DNA from: Methylobacter sp.
GTDB lineage: Bacteria > Pseudomonadota > Gammaproteobacteria > Methylococcales > Methylomonadaceae
Direction of reading: 5' to 3'
Assembly: GCA_002928495.1 (NCBI GenBank)
Contig: PERF01000001.1
Span: 5,992-69,991 of the forward strand
DNA length: 64,000 nucleotides
Under the pieces are notes generated by a model. It was given only the letters and a program-made list of their open reading frames with translations. It had not been told where the DNA came from and did not search any database. A program made the translations under genes and the position numbers. Of this stretch, positions 48,674 to 58,049 are shown piece after piece. Every line of letters starts with the position of its first letter. Within the stretch, counting starts at the first letter, position 1.

Positions 48674-50092
48674 ATGCGCTTCCGCCAAACCAAGATTATA
48701 TTTACTATCGGGCCGGCCACCTCCAGCGACGTGGTTTTAAAACAATTAATCGATGAACGCGTCGATATTTGCCGTATCAATATGGCCCACGCCAGCCATG
48801 AGTGGACACGCGAGATTATCCGGCAAATCAAAAGGGTTTGCGATGAAGTCGGCCGCCAAATCGGCATCATGATGGACATTAAAGGCCCGGAAATCCGCAC
48901 CGGTGACATTGGTGAGCCCATTTTTCTGGAACCCGGCCAGCTGTTTGATTTGTTAATGTTTCCTGCCGCTACGGATGCCGGCAGGGATGGGGTGTTTTAT
49001 ACCAATGTAAACTACCCGAATTTGATCAATGATGTGTCGGTTGGCGATACCGTGTTGGTAGATAGCGGCTTGATCCGCATGCAAGTATGCGAAATGTTGG
49101 AGGACAGGATACGCTGCCAAGTTGTAATCCCGGGTCTTTTCGGCAATCGCAGGCACATTAATTTACCCGGCGTTCGAGTGGGTTTGCCGTCGTTAACGGA
49201 AAAAGACCAAGGCGATGTCGCGGTAGGTTTGGAGGAAGGGATTGATTTTTTTGCCCTGTCTTTTGTGCGCGATGCCGATGCCCTGCATTCCTTACGCACG
49301 GTTCTTACCGAGCGCGGATCTAAAGCCCGGATTATCGCCAAAATCGAGGATCAGCAAGCCATCAGCAACATTGAAGAAATCATCGAAGCCAGCGACGGCA
49401 TTATGGTTGCCCGTGGCGACCTGGGTATCGAGTGTCCTTACGAGGAACTGCCGATTATCCAGAGTCAAGTTATTACCGCTTGCATCAAACAAGCCCGCCC
49501 GGTCATTGTTGCCACGCATATGTTGGAATCGATGATTGCAGCCCCGGTGCCCACGCGCGCCGAAGTATCCGATATTGCCAATGCAGTGCTGGAAAAAACC
49601 GATGCTATCATGCTGTCGGGTGAAACCACTACCGGCAAGTATCCGGTTGAGTGCGTCAAAGTCTTTAAACGTATTTCCCAACGCATCGAAAGCCTGCACA
49701 CGGATGACCCAACCAAAGGACTGCATTTGCCTACGCCCAAAGGCAAAATGCTGCGCTCGGCCATTTATCTAGCCAATGATATTGAAGACTCCGGCATTGT
49801 GGTGTTTTCCAGAAGCGGTTATTTGGCGCGCATGTTGTCGGCTTTGCGGCCTAGAGTGCCGATTTATGCATTTACCGATATTCCTGAGTTGTTCCGGCAT
49901 CTTTTGATTTTATGGGGCGTTGAGCCTTTTCAAATGGAGTTTTCCGCCGACCCGGAGGATACCATTAAAGATGCGTTCGAGTATTTAAAACGGAAAAGCT
50001 GGGTAAAACCAGGACACACGCTGATTGTTATCAGCAATGCCCTGGCTAAGGACAAAATCATCGATACGTTGCAAATCCGCAAGGTGGAATAA
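48674..50092 (+). CDS. pyk: pyruvate kinase
   Basis: [18 protein letters not shown] aligns with PykA/PykF N-termini as recalled, together with [10 protein letters not shown] and [12 protein letters not shown]. The ORF track start at 48587 is probably too far upstream. Confidence 0.92.
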   Translation: MRFRQTKIIFTIGPATSSDVVLKQLIDERVDICRINMAHASHEWTREIIRQIKRVCDEVGRQIGIMMDIKGPEIRTGDIGEPIFLEPGQLFDLLMFPAATDAGRDGVFYTNVNYPNLINDVSVGDTVLVDSGLIRMQVCEMLEDRIRCQVVIPGLFGNRRHINLPGVRVGLPSLTEKDQGDVAVGLEEGIDFFALSFVRDADALHSLRTVLTERGSKARIIAKIEDQQAISNIEEIIEASDGIMVARGDLGIECPYEELPIIQSQVITACIKQARPVIVATHMLESMIAAPVPTRAEVSDIANAVLEKTDAIMLSGETTTGKYPVECVKVFKRISQRIESLHTDDPTKGLHLPTPKGKMLRSAIYLANDIEDSGIVVFSRSGYLARMLSALRPRVPIYAFTDIPELFRHLLILWGVEPFQMEFSADPEDTIKDAFEYLKRKSWVKPGHTLIVISNALAKDKIIDTLQIRKVE

Positions 50093-50192
50093 TTTTAATC
50101 CGTCACTGATCGTATTTCGATTAGACGGCAGGGTTTTTGAGTTAGGTTTTTAAGCGGCGTTGACGTTCATTGGTAAGCAATGGAGCAATCGA

Positions 50193-53100
50193 CTAGGTTT
50201 TTTCCAGCAAATTGGAAAAATCGGATACAAACCTGGGGAAAGTTTCAAGCGTTTTTTTGATGGCCAGAATGTCAAGGCAGTCTAAATCAGCTTCAAGCTG
50301 CAAGGCATAGTCGACAATAAAAGCAATATCAAATTGTTGCCCAATCGCTAATAATTTTTCGGCAAATTTTTTTATTTCCGACAAGTTATTAGTTCGGGAG
50401 ATTTTTTCGCACACCGGAAGTAGTTTTTCCAATGCATGCACGAGTTCAGGTAAAACCTGAATTTTTTCAGTTGACAGCGCAATTGTATGCTCGGGAATAT
50501 TGCAGGCCAGGGTTTCCTCGTAGGCTAAGAAACGGGTGAGTTCCTTCAAAAGCTCATTTTTAAGTACCGGTTTTCTTAAATAGCCATCAAAATCGGTGCT
50601 TTTGATGCGTTCGCTTTCATCTTTCATGACGGAAGCGGTCAATGCAACAATCGGGGTATTCGAAAAATTTTTTATCTCCGCAGCAGCGAGGTAGCCATCG
50701 ATTAGTGGCATACGAATATCCATAAATATCAAATCAATACGGTTTTGTTTTGCCTTATCGATTGCATCCTGACCATTTTCGGCTTCTATGATGGTTAATT
50801 CGGTATCGGCGAAGCATTCCCGCAATAAACCGCGGTTATCTTCAACGTCATCAACCACCAATACGTTGGCCGGAAAAAAGCGGATTTGTGTCGCAGGCGT
50901 GGTTTTATCCGATTCCGGTTGAAAGCGTATGGAAGAAATACTGACATCCATTAAATGGAGGGTAAAAGTCGAGCCGACATTGGGAGTGCTCACCACAGAG
51001 ATTTCGCCGTCCATGAGTTTGGTTAAACGCTTGCTGATAGCTAAGCCCAGCCCGGTTCCGCCGTATTGATGCGGGTTTTGCCCCTCCATTTGCTCAAAAT
51101 CAGAGAAAATTCGCTGTTGTTGGTCTTCGGGTATGCCGATGCCGGTGTCTTCAACATCAATGTACAAGTCAACTTTGCTGTATATTTTGTTTTCATTGCC
51201 GGCTCTGGCGCGCACGCAAATATGACCCTGATGGGTAAATTTGACGGCATTTCCGATTAAATTCAGCAATACCTGCCGTAAACGGGTTTCATCGAGCAGT
51301 AAATTTTCAGGGATATTGGGATCAACATCGAGGATAAAGTCTAAATTTTTTGCTTTGATCTCCATCATAAAAATCTGACCAATCTCATCAAACATATCGT
51401 GCGGATTGCAGGCGTTTTTCTTGATGGTCATTTTGCCGGCTTCGATCTTGGATAAATCCAAAATATCGTTGATCAGATTTAACAAACTGTAACCGGCGGA
51501 TTGAATAGTCTTAACAAAAGAGCTTAATTTCGGGTCCTTGATGTGGTTGCTGAGTAATTCAGTAAACCCGATAATTGAATTTAATGGGGTACGGATTTCA
51601 TGGCTCATGTTGGCCAGAAATGCACTTTTTAACTGATTGGCCTGCTCGGCTGCCGCTTTTGCCCGTGCCAAGTCTTTTTCGATCTTAATACGCTCACTTA
51701 AATCGACTATAACCACTAACGACGATAGTTTTCCCTGAAAACTGCGTGGAATGATAGAAAGCAGGCAATCGATATCATGTTCGGAATCTTTTTTTAGACA
51801 TATCTGCCGGCTAAAAAAACTCTCGCTGGCGGATACAGTTTGCCGGATAGATTCAAACTGGTTGGTGTTGGTAATAAATGTAAGCAGATTCTGATTGGAT
51901 ATATCACCGGTTTTCCCCACAGTTCGTGCCAATTCCGGATTATGTAGCAAAATGTTACCTTCCGAATCGACCACCGCTATCGAAATCGGTAAAGCGTTAA
52001 CCAGCGTTTTAAACTGTTCATCAGCCTGTTTTCTGTCGGTAATATCAACGTGCGTGCCTACAGCCCGCAGTGCCTTGCCGTGATTATCTCTCTGGAAAAC
52101 CCGGCCGCGGGATAAAATCCACCGATAAGTACCGTCTTTACATCGAAGCCGGAATACTTCTTCGTAGTCAAAGCCGAATTCATCCAACATTTTCTTGTTT
52201 TTGGCAAGCACATCGTCTCTTTCATCGGGGTGTAAGAGTTTCTCGAATGTTTCAAAAGTATGTGGTAATTCTTGCGCTTCGTAGCCCAACATCGTCATCC
52301 AGCGCGGATTGAAGTAAACCTTATTGGTTTGTGCATTCCAATCCCATAGGCCGTCTGAGGTTGCACTCATGGCCATCTTGAAGCGCTCTTCGCTCATTCT
52401 GAGCTTGGCTTGCTGGCGTTGCACCGTGCGTATCCAAAGCAAGGTGAGCAAGTACAAGAAGAGTACGGCGCTTAAAATTTTGGCGATTAACCCGTAATCG
52501 GTTTTGGTTACAAAACGGTCTTTACCCCATTTATCGCGGATTTGCTGTTTTTCGGTTTCGCTAATACGGTTTAAAGTCCGGTTCAGTAACGGCAGTAAAG
52601 GCGCAAATTCAGGGCGTAAGCCAAATCCGAGTTGGTTAATAAACTCAGTTTTACCGACAATTCTGACATTATTGATACCCAGGTTTTCAAGATAATAACT
52701 CGCCGGCCCCAAAGTGGCTAAGAGTGCGTCGGCTTTACCGCTAGAAACGGCGGTCAAGCCTTCTCGAAGGGTATTCACTTTAATCGTGTGCAGAGTAGGG
52801 TAACGGCTCTCAACAAGCGGACTGAAGTCTTTAACAACGGCGATACGGCGTTCTTTGATTTGCTCGATGTTTTCGACATAGCCTTCCTTATCCCGCATCA
52901 AGATCACTATTGGCGCGGAAATAAACGCCTCAGAAAATATAAATTGCGATTGGATATCGGTAGCGATAGTTTCAGACAACATATCCGCTTCTTGCTGAAT
53001 CAGTTTTGTGCGCGATTCATCCCGCGAGCGGCTTGCGGCAATGTCGAATTTGATCGGAAGCTTGCTTTCCAGTAGTTTTAGGTAATCGGCAGCGATTCCG

Positions 53101-54284
53101 ATAAAGCGGTTGTTGCTGTCAAAATCGCCATAGGGCAGCCAGTCTGAGGCGCTGGTAAAGCGTATGACCGGATGTTCGGCCAGCCAGTTTTTTTCCGCTT
53201 CGGTTAGCGCTATTGCGTCTTGGGTTTGAGCAGGTGCGTATCCTAGCCATTTATCATTCAGTTCTTGTTTTTCTTTCAACGGGATGGCTGAAAGGGTTTT
53301 TTGCAAAATCGAAAACAAGATGGGCAAATCCTTGCGTATCGCCATTTTTATTTGTTTGGCCTCGCCCGAAGGCAGTGCTTTGAAAGGCCGGATAGTCGTA
53401 ATGCCATTTTGTTTTAATAGATAGTTCATTACCGAATAGACTTCGGACACAATATCGGCTTTGCGTTCGATGACAGCCTGGACAGACGACATCATGCCAT
53501 CGGTTTCCAAAATTTTAATTTTGGGATAGCGTTTTTTTATTTCATCGATTTGTGCATAACCTTCAGTGATTGCGATGGTTTTTCCATCTAAGTCATCCAG
53601 GGTTTGTGCCTGCACATCGTCACGGATAAAGAAATAATCCAAAGCTTGTTGGTAAGCCTGGGTAAAATTAAGGTAAGACTGTCGCTCCTTGGTCTCAAAA
53701 AGCGCGGGTAACAGGTCAATTTCGCCGGCTTGAGCTTTTTTCAGTAAATCATCCCAGGCCGCTATTTCCGGGGAAAAGTTTAAACCGCTGTATTTGCTGA
53801 TTAATACCAGTAAATCCCGGCTCAGTCCGGTGTGTTGGCCGGCTTTGTCGATAAAATCATAAGGCGGCCAATCGGCTTCCGCACCGTAGCGGATAACGGG
53901 ATGTTCTTGAATCCAGCGCCGTTCCTCGGCAGTAAAGTTGATGTTAGCCTCCTTTGCGCCGTTTTGTTGAGCCGCATTAATCAACTCTGAAGTCGGCCTG
54001 ATCTCGGCCGCTCTGTCATCCGGAATGACTCCGTCTATCCAATACCGGTATCGGTTGTGTGGGAATAAGGCGCCGCCTACAGCTTCCGCTGCCGATTGAG
54101 AAAATACGGCAAAACGTGTCCGGAAGTCTGACGTTTCGGGAATAAACATGGCCGCGCGGTGCCCGGCAGCACATGCCTCAAAGTTAAATAAATGAGCGGC
54201 AATCAACAAAAAGCAGAATCGTAACGCCAGTTTTTTTACCATTCCGGTAAATACTGACGTCTTATAATCAAAAGGATGAGTCAT
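50193..54284 (-). CDS. hybrid sensor histidine kinase (2 periplasmic SBP3-like domains, TM, 2 PAS, HisKA, HATPase, REC, C-terminal helical domain)
   Basis: Two repeats of the type EHPVIRYGAEADWPPYDF / EHPVIRFTSASDWLPYGDF, H-box SHEIRTPLN, G2 box GTGLGLAISKRL, and receiver VLVVDDVEDN...FMDIRMPLIDG. An alternative start is ATG 54242. Confidence 0.9.
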   Translation of the reverse strand: MTHPFDYKTSVFTGMVKKLALRFCFLLIAAHLFNFEACAAGHRAAMFIPETSDFRTRFAVFSQSAAEAVGGALFPHNRYRYWIDGVIPDDRAAEIRPTSELINAAQQNGAKEANINFTAEERRWIQEHPVIRYGAEADWPPYDFIDKAGQHTGLSRDLLVLISKYSGLNFSPEIAAWDDLLKKAQAGEIDLLPALFETKERQSYLNFTQAYQQALDYFFIRDDVQAQTLDDLDGKTIAITEGYAQIDEIKKRYPKIKILETDGMMSSVQAVIERKADIVSEVYSVMNYLLKQNGITTIRPFKALPSGEAKQIKMAIRKDLPILFSILQKTLSAIPLKEKQELNDKWLGYAPAQTQDAIALTEAEKNWLAEHPVIRFTSASDWLPYGDFDSNNRFIGIAADYLKLLESKLPIKFDIAASRSRDESRTKLIQQEADMLSETIATDIQSQFIFSEAFISAPIVILMRDKEGYVENIEQIKERRIAVVKDFSPLVESRYPTLHTIKVNTLREGLTAVSSGKADALLATLGPASYYLENLGINNVRIVGKTEFINQLGFGLRPEFAPLLPLLNRTLNRISETEKQQIRDKWGKDRFVTKTDYGLIAKILSAVLFLYLLTLLWIRTVQRQQAKLRMSEERFKMAMSATSDGLWDWNAQTNKVYFNPRWMTMLGYEAQELPHTFETFEKLLHPDERDDVLAKNKKMLDEFGFDYEEVFRLRCKDGTYRWILSRGRVFQRDNHGKALRAVGTHVDITDRKQADEQFKTLVNALPISIAVVDSEGNILLHNPELARTVGKTGDISNQNLLTFITNTNQFESIRQTVSASESFFSRQICLKKDSEHDIDCLLSIIPRSFQGKLSSLVVIVDLSERIKIEKDLARAKAAAEQANQLKSAFLANMSHEIRTPLNSIIGFTELLSNHIKDPKLSSFVKTIQSAGYSLLNLINDILDLSKIEAGKMTIKKNACNPHDMFDEIGQIFMMEIKAKNLDFILDVDPNIPENLLLDETRLRQVLLNLIGNAVKFTHQGHICVRARAGNENKIYSKVDLYIDVEDTGIGIPEDQQQRIFSDFEQMEGQNPHQYGGTGLGLAISKRLTKLMDGEISVVSTPNVGSTFTLHLMDVSISSIRFQPESDKTTPATQIRFFPANVLVVDDVEDNRGLLRECFADTELTIIEAENGQDAIDKAKQNRIDLIFMDIRMPLIDGYLAAAEIKNFSNTPIVALTASVMKDESERIKSTDFDGYLRKPVLKNELLKELTRFLAYEETLACNIPEHTIALSTEKIQVLPELVHALEKLLPVCEKISRTNNLSEIKKFAEKLLAIGQQFDIAFIVDYALQLEADLDCLDILAIKKTLETFPRFVSDFSNLLEKT

Positions 54285-54326
54285 TTGTTGTTAACGCACA
54301 AGATTAGTGACTTACCGGTACAACCG

Positions 54327-55382
54327 CTATTTTGACTGGGCTATGGCAATAAATTCATCCAAATGCGCTTGGAAAATATCGATTAATTCGGGATCAAACT
54401 GGGTTTCCCGCCGTTCAATAATGTAATTAACGGCATCATTGATCGACCACGCCGCTTTATAAGCGCGTTTATGGGTTAGCGCATCAAACACGTCGGCCAA
54501 GGCAACAATTCGGCCGTATATGTGAATATCGGCTCCTTTTAAACCTCTGGGGTAGCCGCTGCCGTCCCATTTTTCATGGTGTTCGTGCGCTATAATCGCT
54601 GCTGCCTTAATCAATTTACGCTCAGAACCCGATAACAGTTGATAGGCGTTTGAGGTATGCTTTTTCATGATAAAAAATTCTTCTTCGCTATAACTGCCGT
54701 TTTTATGCAAAATTTCAATGGGTATCGTCATTTTGCCAATATCATGCATAGGCGAGGCATGATAAAGCGTGTTCATATCGGTTTCTTTCAGAATCGGGTG
54801 GTATTTAGCCAATAGCGACGAGATCTCTGCCACCCGTTTGATGTGTTTGCCGGTTTCGTCCGAGGTGGCTTCCATCAATTCAGCCAGAACATAAATCATT
54901 TCTTTTTGGTCATTTTCCAATTCGGAAAGCAAACGCAATTTTTGATGTTCGAGTTTAACGCTCAAATCGATATTATGTTTTTGCAAAAGTGCTTTGGTAT
55001 GAAACAGTTCCAAATGCGTTTTAACCCGCGCTATAAGCTCCTCGGCGTGAAAGGGTTTGGTGATGTAATCCACGCCGCCCCGGGCGAAGCCGTTGGCAAT
55101 GGAATCGACATCCACGCGGGCGGTTAAAAAAATGATGGGGATATCATTTAAATCAGGGTTTTCTTTGATTTTTTGGCACACGTCGAAGCCGTCCAAGCCG
55201 GGCATCATGATATCCAATAAAATCAGATCAAACGGCTCTTGTTCTTCAAATAGCAAGCGTAAAGCTTCGGCGCCGCTTTGAGCAAAACAGAAGTCGTAGT
55301 TTTCTTCTTTTAATAGGCTGATGGCTATACGAATATTGTCGATAACATCGTCGATAATCAGGATGCGGCTGTTTTGCTTCAT
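54327..55382 (-). CDS. two-component response regulator with an HD-GYP c-di-GMP phosphodiesterase domain
   Basis: REC domain (ILIIDDV...LLDIMMPGLDG...K) followed by HD-GYP motifs MHDIGK and HEHHEKWDGSGYPRGL. Confidence 0.9.
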   Translation of the reverse strand: MKQNSRILIIDDVIDNIRIAISLLKEENYDFCFAQSGAEALRLLFEEQEPFDLILLDIMMPGLDGFDVCQKIKENPDLNDIPIIFLTARVDVDSIANGFARGGVDYITKPFHAEELIARVKTHLELFHTKALLQKHNIDLSVKLEHQKLRLLSELENDQKEMIYVLAELMEATSDETGKHIKRVAEISSLLAKYHPILKETDMNTLYHASPMHDIGKMTIPIEILHKNGSYSEEEFFIMKKHTSNAYQLLSGSERKLIKAAAIIAHEHHEKWDGSGYPRGLKGADIHIYGRIVALADVFDALTHKRAYKAAWSINDAVNYIIERRETQFDPELIDIFQAHLDEFIAIAQSK

Positions 55383-55689
55383 TGATAAAAGTCACTCTTA
55401 ATCCGACAATTTATTAGACCGGTAACTTACGCCTGGGCTGTAGTATTGTCCTGTATTTATTGTTTATTCGGAGGCCCGGTTTAGTGGTTTTTTAGTTACA
55501 GACCTTACCAATGATATTCGGATTCTGCAATCTCTTTGATATGGTCGATACAGGTCTATTAATCTGCAATAGTCAATTGATAAATCGTTATTTATTTGAC
55601 TTGAGATTTTGGATTTATCGATGTGTTACCTAGTATTGTAAGGCTTAGGCGGGTTAGGTTTAGTGCTACGGCAAACCGCCTCGAAAGAA

Positions 55690-56766
55690 TTAATCAAAAC
55701 AATCGAAGCGCATTTGCCCGCTGGTATCGGGCCGACGAAAAACGGCGGTATTCAGCGGCGGCAATGGTTTATCAAGACCTGATTTTTTAGCGGCTAGCCG
55801 AAAGCGCTGGGCCAGCATATCGGCATAATTTCCGGTTCCTTTCTGGCGCTGGAAAAAGCTTGAATCATAGTGATTTCCGCCCCGGCAGTCTTTGATCAAG
55901 TTCATGATATGGCCGGCTTTAAGCGGATAAAACTGCTTAAGCCATTGCTCGAACAATTCCGCGACTTCCAGCGGCAAGCGTAGCAGCACATAACCCGCGC
56001 TTTGCGCGCCGGCGGCTTTGACGGTTTTGATGATCGCTTCCAGTTCGTGGTCGTTCAGCATGGGAATGATGGGGGCAACCAGTACCCCGGTGGGAATTTT
56101 CACCAGGCTGAGTTTTTCCAGGCTTTCCAGCCGCCGCTTGGGCGATGCGGCCCGAGGCTCCAAGGCACGGGCTAAATGTTGGTCTAGCGTGGTGATGGAA
56201 ATAAAAACCGAGGCCAGTCCTTGTTCGGCCATGGCTGCAAGCAAATCGATATCGCGTTCGATGAGTGAGGATTTGGTAACAATATTGACCGGATGCCGGC
56301 ATTCGTAAAGCACTTCCAGAATTTGCCGCATGATCCGGTGTTGCCGTTCCAGCGGTTGATAAGGATCGGTGTTGGTTCCCAACGCCAAGGTTGCGCAACG
56401 GTAGCTGCGTTTGCCGAGTTCGTTGCGCAAAATGGCGGCAGCATCGGGTTTGATCAGGATTTTAGTTTCAAAGTCCAGGCCCGGCGACAGCCCTAAATAA
56501 GCATGGCTGGGTCTGGCAAAACAATAGACGCAGCCGTGTTCGCAACCCCGGTAAGGATTGGCGGAGCGGTCAAACGGAATATCCGGCGATTCGTTATAGG
56601 TAATTAACGACTTGCTGGTATCGGTGATCACCTCGGTAGCCAGCGGCGGCAAGTCTTCGTCCAGCGAGCTCCAGCCATCGTCGAAGGCTTCGTGCCGTTG
56701 CTTTTCGAAGCGGCCGTCCGCGTTACTGATTGAGCCGCGACCTTTGTAGATTAGGGGCTTTTCCAT
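55690..56766 (-). CDS. PA0069 family radical SAM protein
   Basis: CEHGCVYCFARP cluster motif and N-terminal KGRGSISNADGRFE, typical of this family as recalled. Confidence 0.8.
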   Translation of the reverse strand: MEKPLIYKGRGSISNADGRFEKQRHEAFDDGWSSLDEDLPPLATEVITDTSKSLITYNESPDIPFDRSANPYRGCEHGCVYCFARPSHAYLGLSPGLDFETKILIKPDAAAILRNELGKRSYRCATLALGTNTDPYQPLERQHRIMRQILEVLYECRHPVNIVTKSSLIERDIDLLAAMAEQGLASVFISITTLDQHLARALEPRAASPKRRLESLEKLSLVKIPTGVLVAPIIPMLNDHELEAIIKTVKAAGAQSAGYVLLRLPLEVAELFEQWLKQFYPLKAGHIMNLIKDCRGGNHYDSSFFQRQKGTGNYADMLAQRFRLAAKKSGLDKPLPPLNTAVFRRPDTSGQMRFDCFD

Positions 56767-57058
56767 GACTAGACTCGATTAAGCGTGTTCAGCTTCTGCC
56801 GGAGCCTCATTTTAAGGTAAAAACTAAATGATAAACAGTAAGTTATAACAAGTAAAAATCAGCCAATTGAGACATTGCGCCGGTGTGCTTAATAAATTGT
56901 TTAATCGCATATCGAGCGCATGTTATCTTGGCTCATGCCGGTGAATATTTTTACCGCCGACTTGGGTGTATGGCTTAACGTTCAGCTAAGGATACAAAAT
57001 AGTTTGTAAAAACACGCCCGGCTTAAAAAGAGGTTGTTGTTCCATTCGAGGAGGTATA

Positions 57059-57994
57059 TTGGCTGCCATTTTACCGGTTAATCCCAAAATTACGGCGTTG
57101 CAACAAAGCTTTTCCACCTCCGTGCTGACCCGCATTGAGCATGCGAAACTGCACCAAGCCGGCGTGGAATTATGGCTAAAACGTGACGATTTATTGCATC
57201 CGGTTATTTCCGGCAACAAATGGCGTAAGCTAAAGTATATACTCAATGATGTTTTAACAGCCGGCTATGATACGGTAATCAGCATGGGCGGTGCTTATTC
57301 CAACCATTTGCATGCGTTAGCGTATGCCGGCAGTGAACTGGGGATCAAAACCGTGGGGCTGGTGCGCGGCGAACGGCCTGAGCCGTTAAATCCGACATTG
57401 GACGATGTCCGCAAGTGGGGTATGGCATTGCATTTTGTCAGCCGCGGTCGATACCGGGAGCTCAGGCAATACCGCCGGCACGATGCCTTGCCCCGGTTGC
57501 AAGCGGGAGAATACTGGCTGCCCGAAGGCGGCGCCTTGAACCTGGCTCTTGAAGGCGTGGCGGAACTGGTTGAGGAGATAACAATTCCGTACGATATGCT
57601 TTGCACGGCGTGCGGCACAGGAACCACCTTGGCCGGTCTGGTCAAGGCGTCGCCGAAGCAATCCCACGTGCTGGGGGTTGCGGGTTTGAAAAATGCCGAG
57701 TACTTGCATGCCGAGGTTGCCGCCATGGTGGGTGGCCATCTTGATAACTGGACAATTAATTTTGATTATCATGGCGGCGGTTTTGCCAAAATCAATAACG
57801 AACTTTGGGACTTTATAAATTCGTTCAAGCAAGAAACTAATATCGATTTGGATGGTATTTATACAGGTAAACTTTTGTTTGCACTGTTCGATTTGCTTGG
57901 TAAAGGCTATTTTCAACGTGGCCAGCGGATTATCGCGCTGCATACCGGCGGCCTGCAAGGCAATCGTAGCCTGGCGGCGCGATTGTCGGGATAA
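57059..57994 (+). CDS. 1-aminocyclopropane-1-carboxylate deaminase / D-cysteine desulfhydrase family PLP enzyme
   Basis: KRDDLLHPVISGNKWRKLKY (PLP lysine motif) and GGAYSNHL. It starts at TTG 57059, preceded by a GGAGG RBS. Confidence 0.8.
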   Translation: MAAILPVNPKITALQQSFSTSVLTRIEHAKLHQAGVELWLKRDDLLHPVISGNKWRKLKYILNDVLTAGYDTVISMGGAYSNHLHALAYAGSELGIKTVGLVRGERPEPLNPTLDDVRKWGMALHFVSRGRYRELRQYRRHDALPRLQAGEYWLPEGGALNLALEGVAELVEEITIPYDMLCTACGTGTTLAGLVKASPKQSHVLGVAGLKNAEYLHAEVAAMVGGHLDNWTINFDYHGGGFAKINNELWDFINSFKQETNIDLDGIYTGKLLFALFDLLGKGYFQRGQRIIALHTGGLQGNRSLAARLSG

Positions 57995-58049
57995 TTTTTA
58001 CGGCTTCCGGCATATTTCGGCAGGGTTAGTCAATTTATAGGAAACGCAT

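Noticed and set aside
48493-48921. A 142-aa minus-strand ORF overlapping the pyk start region
   Set aside because: It overlaps the well-supported pyruvate kinase N-terminus on the opposite strand and has no recognisable motif.
55383-55689. A 307-bp spacer between the PA0069 radical SAM gene and the HD-GYP regulator, with a GGCGG...CCGCC hairpin, considered as a possible sRNA or terminator
   Set aside because: The stem is only about 5 bp with a mismatch and no T tract. No conserved RNA motif could be recognised by eye.
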